Assembly: GCA_965644295.1 (NCBI GenBank)
Contig: CBFFRP010000215.1
Span: forward strand, 1 to 64,000
Reading direction: 5' to 3'
Length of the DNA stretch: 64,000 bases
DNA from: Paraphysomonas bandaiensis
Taxonomy: Eukaryota > Protista > Chrysophyceae
The position numbers were made by a program, and so were the translations under genes. The notes beneath the pieces are model-generated. The model had not been told where the DNA came from, ran no database searches, and worked only from the letters and a program-made list of their open reading frames with translations. Positions 62,593 through 64,000 of this stretch are shown piece by piece. Positions within the stretch are counted from its first letter, which is position 1. Every line of letters begins with the position of its first letter.

Positions 62593-64000
62593 TATCTTGA
62601 ATCGTCATGATATAATACTTCAGTTTCACAGTTATAGCTATATAGCACCTTTTGACTATTGACTACGTATTACTGTTTTTCACATTGTATTTAACGTATT
62701 CTACAGTACTATCTTAGAGAACCATACGTATTCCAACACTCCTCCTCAATGTAGAAACGAGTAATCGTCATTATACTGCAGCTATATATATCATCTAGTC
62801 ATCTTAGGATAAAACGGATGTGAAAATCTTCATAAAGATACTGTGAACATCACACTTCGCTGTAACACAGTTATGTGGGATTCTTACCCACTAAAAACAC
62901 ACCCTTAACCTTTCTTGAACCGCTTCTTCTGATTCTTCTCAACTTCATTTGAAATGCTCCTCTTTTCCCCTGTGATAGTTTCTTCATGGAGTTTAAAGAG
63001 CTTTGTAGATAACGCTTTTGTAAATATGTCGGCCGCCATATCCTTAGTCGATACATGAATCAATCTGGCTGTAGGAAACCTTCCATTTACGTGTTCCCGA
63101 ACCCAGTGGTACTTTATCTGAATATGTTTTGATCTTTTGTGATAGACTGGATTTTCTGACAGATCTTTTGCACTCTTGCTGTCCATGAAGAATGGGGTTG
63201 GCTTCGTCAATGCGAGTCCTAGCTCTCGTAACACCCCCGTAGCCACACCAGTTCTTGCATGGCCGCATATTCAGCCATATACTCGGACTCCATACTGGAA
63301 GTTGCAACTGTAGTCTGCAGTTTGGACTGCCATGCGATTGCTCCAGCACATAAGAATACAATATAACCGGTAGTTGAACGTCTCGTTAGTATATCACCTG
63401 CCCAGTCCGCATCACTAAATACATGTAAATCAAACTTACTCCCACTGAATTTGATTCCTTTGCTGGTGGTGCCTCTCAAATATTTCAATAAATGAATAGC
63501 TAAACGACACGATGCGTATGTAGGATTACTGCTGTATCTCGATAGTAATCCGATTGCATAGGCGAGATCTGGTCTTGTGTGGAGTGCGAGATACAGGATT
63601 GCTCCAATAATACTACGATACGGAAATTTTGAGACCCAGTCCTCCTGTTCTGATGTAAGTTCCCGTTCTGCAGCTAGTAGTTCTTGTGCATTTGATGGCA
63701 ACGGAGCTTCCTTATTCTTTCTACTGTTTCCCATGACATGGTTGAATTTCTGAATCACTTTCTCCGCATACTGTGATTGATCTAGTTTGAACCAGTCTTC
63801 GCCTCTCGTGATTCGAATATTTAGGAAACTTTGGCACTCTCCCATGTCCCTCATTTCAAACGTTTGGCAGAACTTGTTCTTGACAAAAACAAGGAATTCA
63901 AAATCCACAGATGCGATTATGATGTCATCTACATACAGGAGTAATAACGTAAGTTTGCCTTGGTGCCAACGATAATATAAGCAGGTATCTAACACGCATG
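62593..64000 (-). mobile_element. Ty1/Copia LTR retrotransposon, 3' portion (RT, RNase H, PPT, 3' LTR)
   Basis: LLYVDD, YRSIIGAILYL...TRPD, FSDADWAG....RRSTTGY, NPVYHKRSKHI, ADIFTKAL. PPT GAGGAGGAG (62739-62747) precedes LTR 62738-62593 starting TGTTGG. Confidence 0.97.
62905..64000 (-). pseudogene. Copia pol RT/RNase H with a 1-nt frameshift
   Basis: WLRG|VLREL is broken at a G5 run (63234-63238) that would need G6. Confidence 0.8.

Noticed and set aside
1-64000. Non-standard genetic code or non-canonical introns
   Set aside because: Long ORFs are open in the standard code, all three stop codons are used, and every intron I checked is GT-AG.

Overview
Compact, intron-containing eukaryotic nuclear DNA in the standard code, with GT-AG introns mostly about 45-65 bp. 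Gene content and style suggest a stramenopile, possibly chrysophyte-like (inference). About 22 host protein genes are present: receiver-domain 3' end, small TM protein, Sfi1-like, YdcZ-type DMT, NDH-2, cyclin-Y-like, PER1/PGAP3, MED7, myristoylated EF-hand, AKR, sulfotransferase-like, TLC, AMBRA1-like WD40, PDZ-VPS9-ankyrin, PH, NRAMP, kinesin, MATH-BTB, DnaJ, SAH-PX, cystinosin and a bacterial-like GT4. There is also one tRNA-Trp. Nineteen consecutive host genes alternate strand strictly. Mobile DNA: (1) a ~500-bp dispersed short retroposon family at three loci with 11-13-bp target-site duplications, whose 5' end has the topology of the ingi/L1Tc HDV-like ribozyme signature (best candidate for something undescribed); (2) a catalytically deleted Crypton-like tyrosine-recombinase element with a nested repeat array; (3) a DDE-deleted pogo/Tigger element inserted in an (ACAT)n microsatellite; (4) the 3' part of a Copia element plus a separate LTR copy; (5) a probable MITE. 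All assignments come from reading the sequence by eye and recalled family motifs; no database searches were run.
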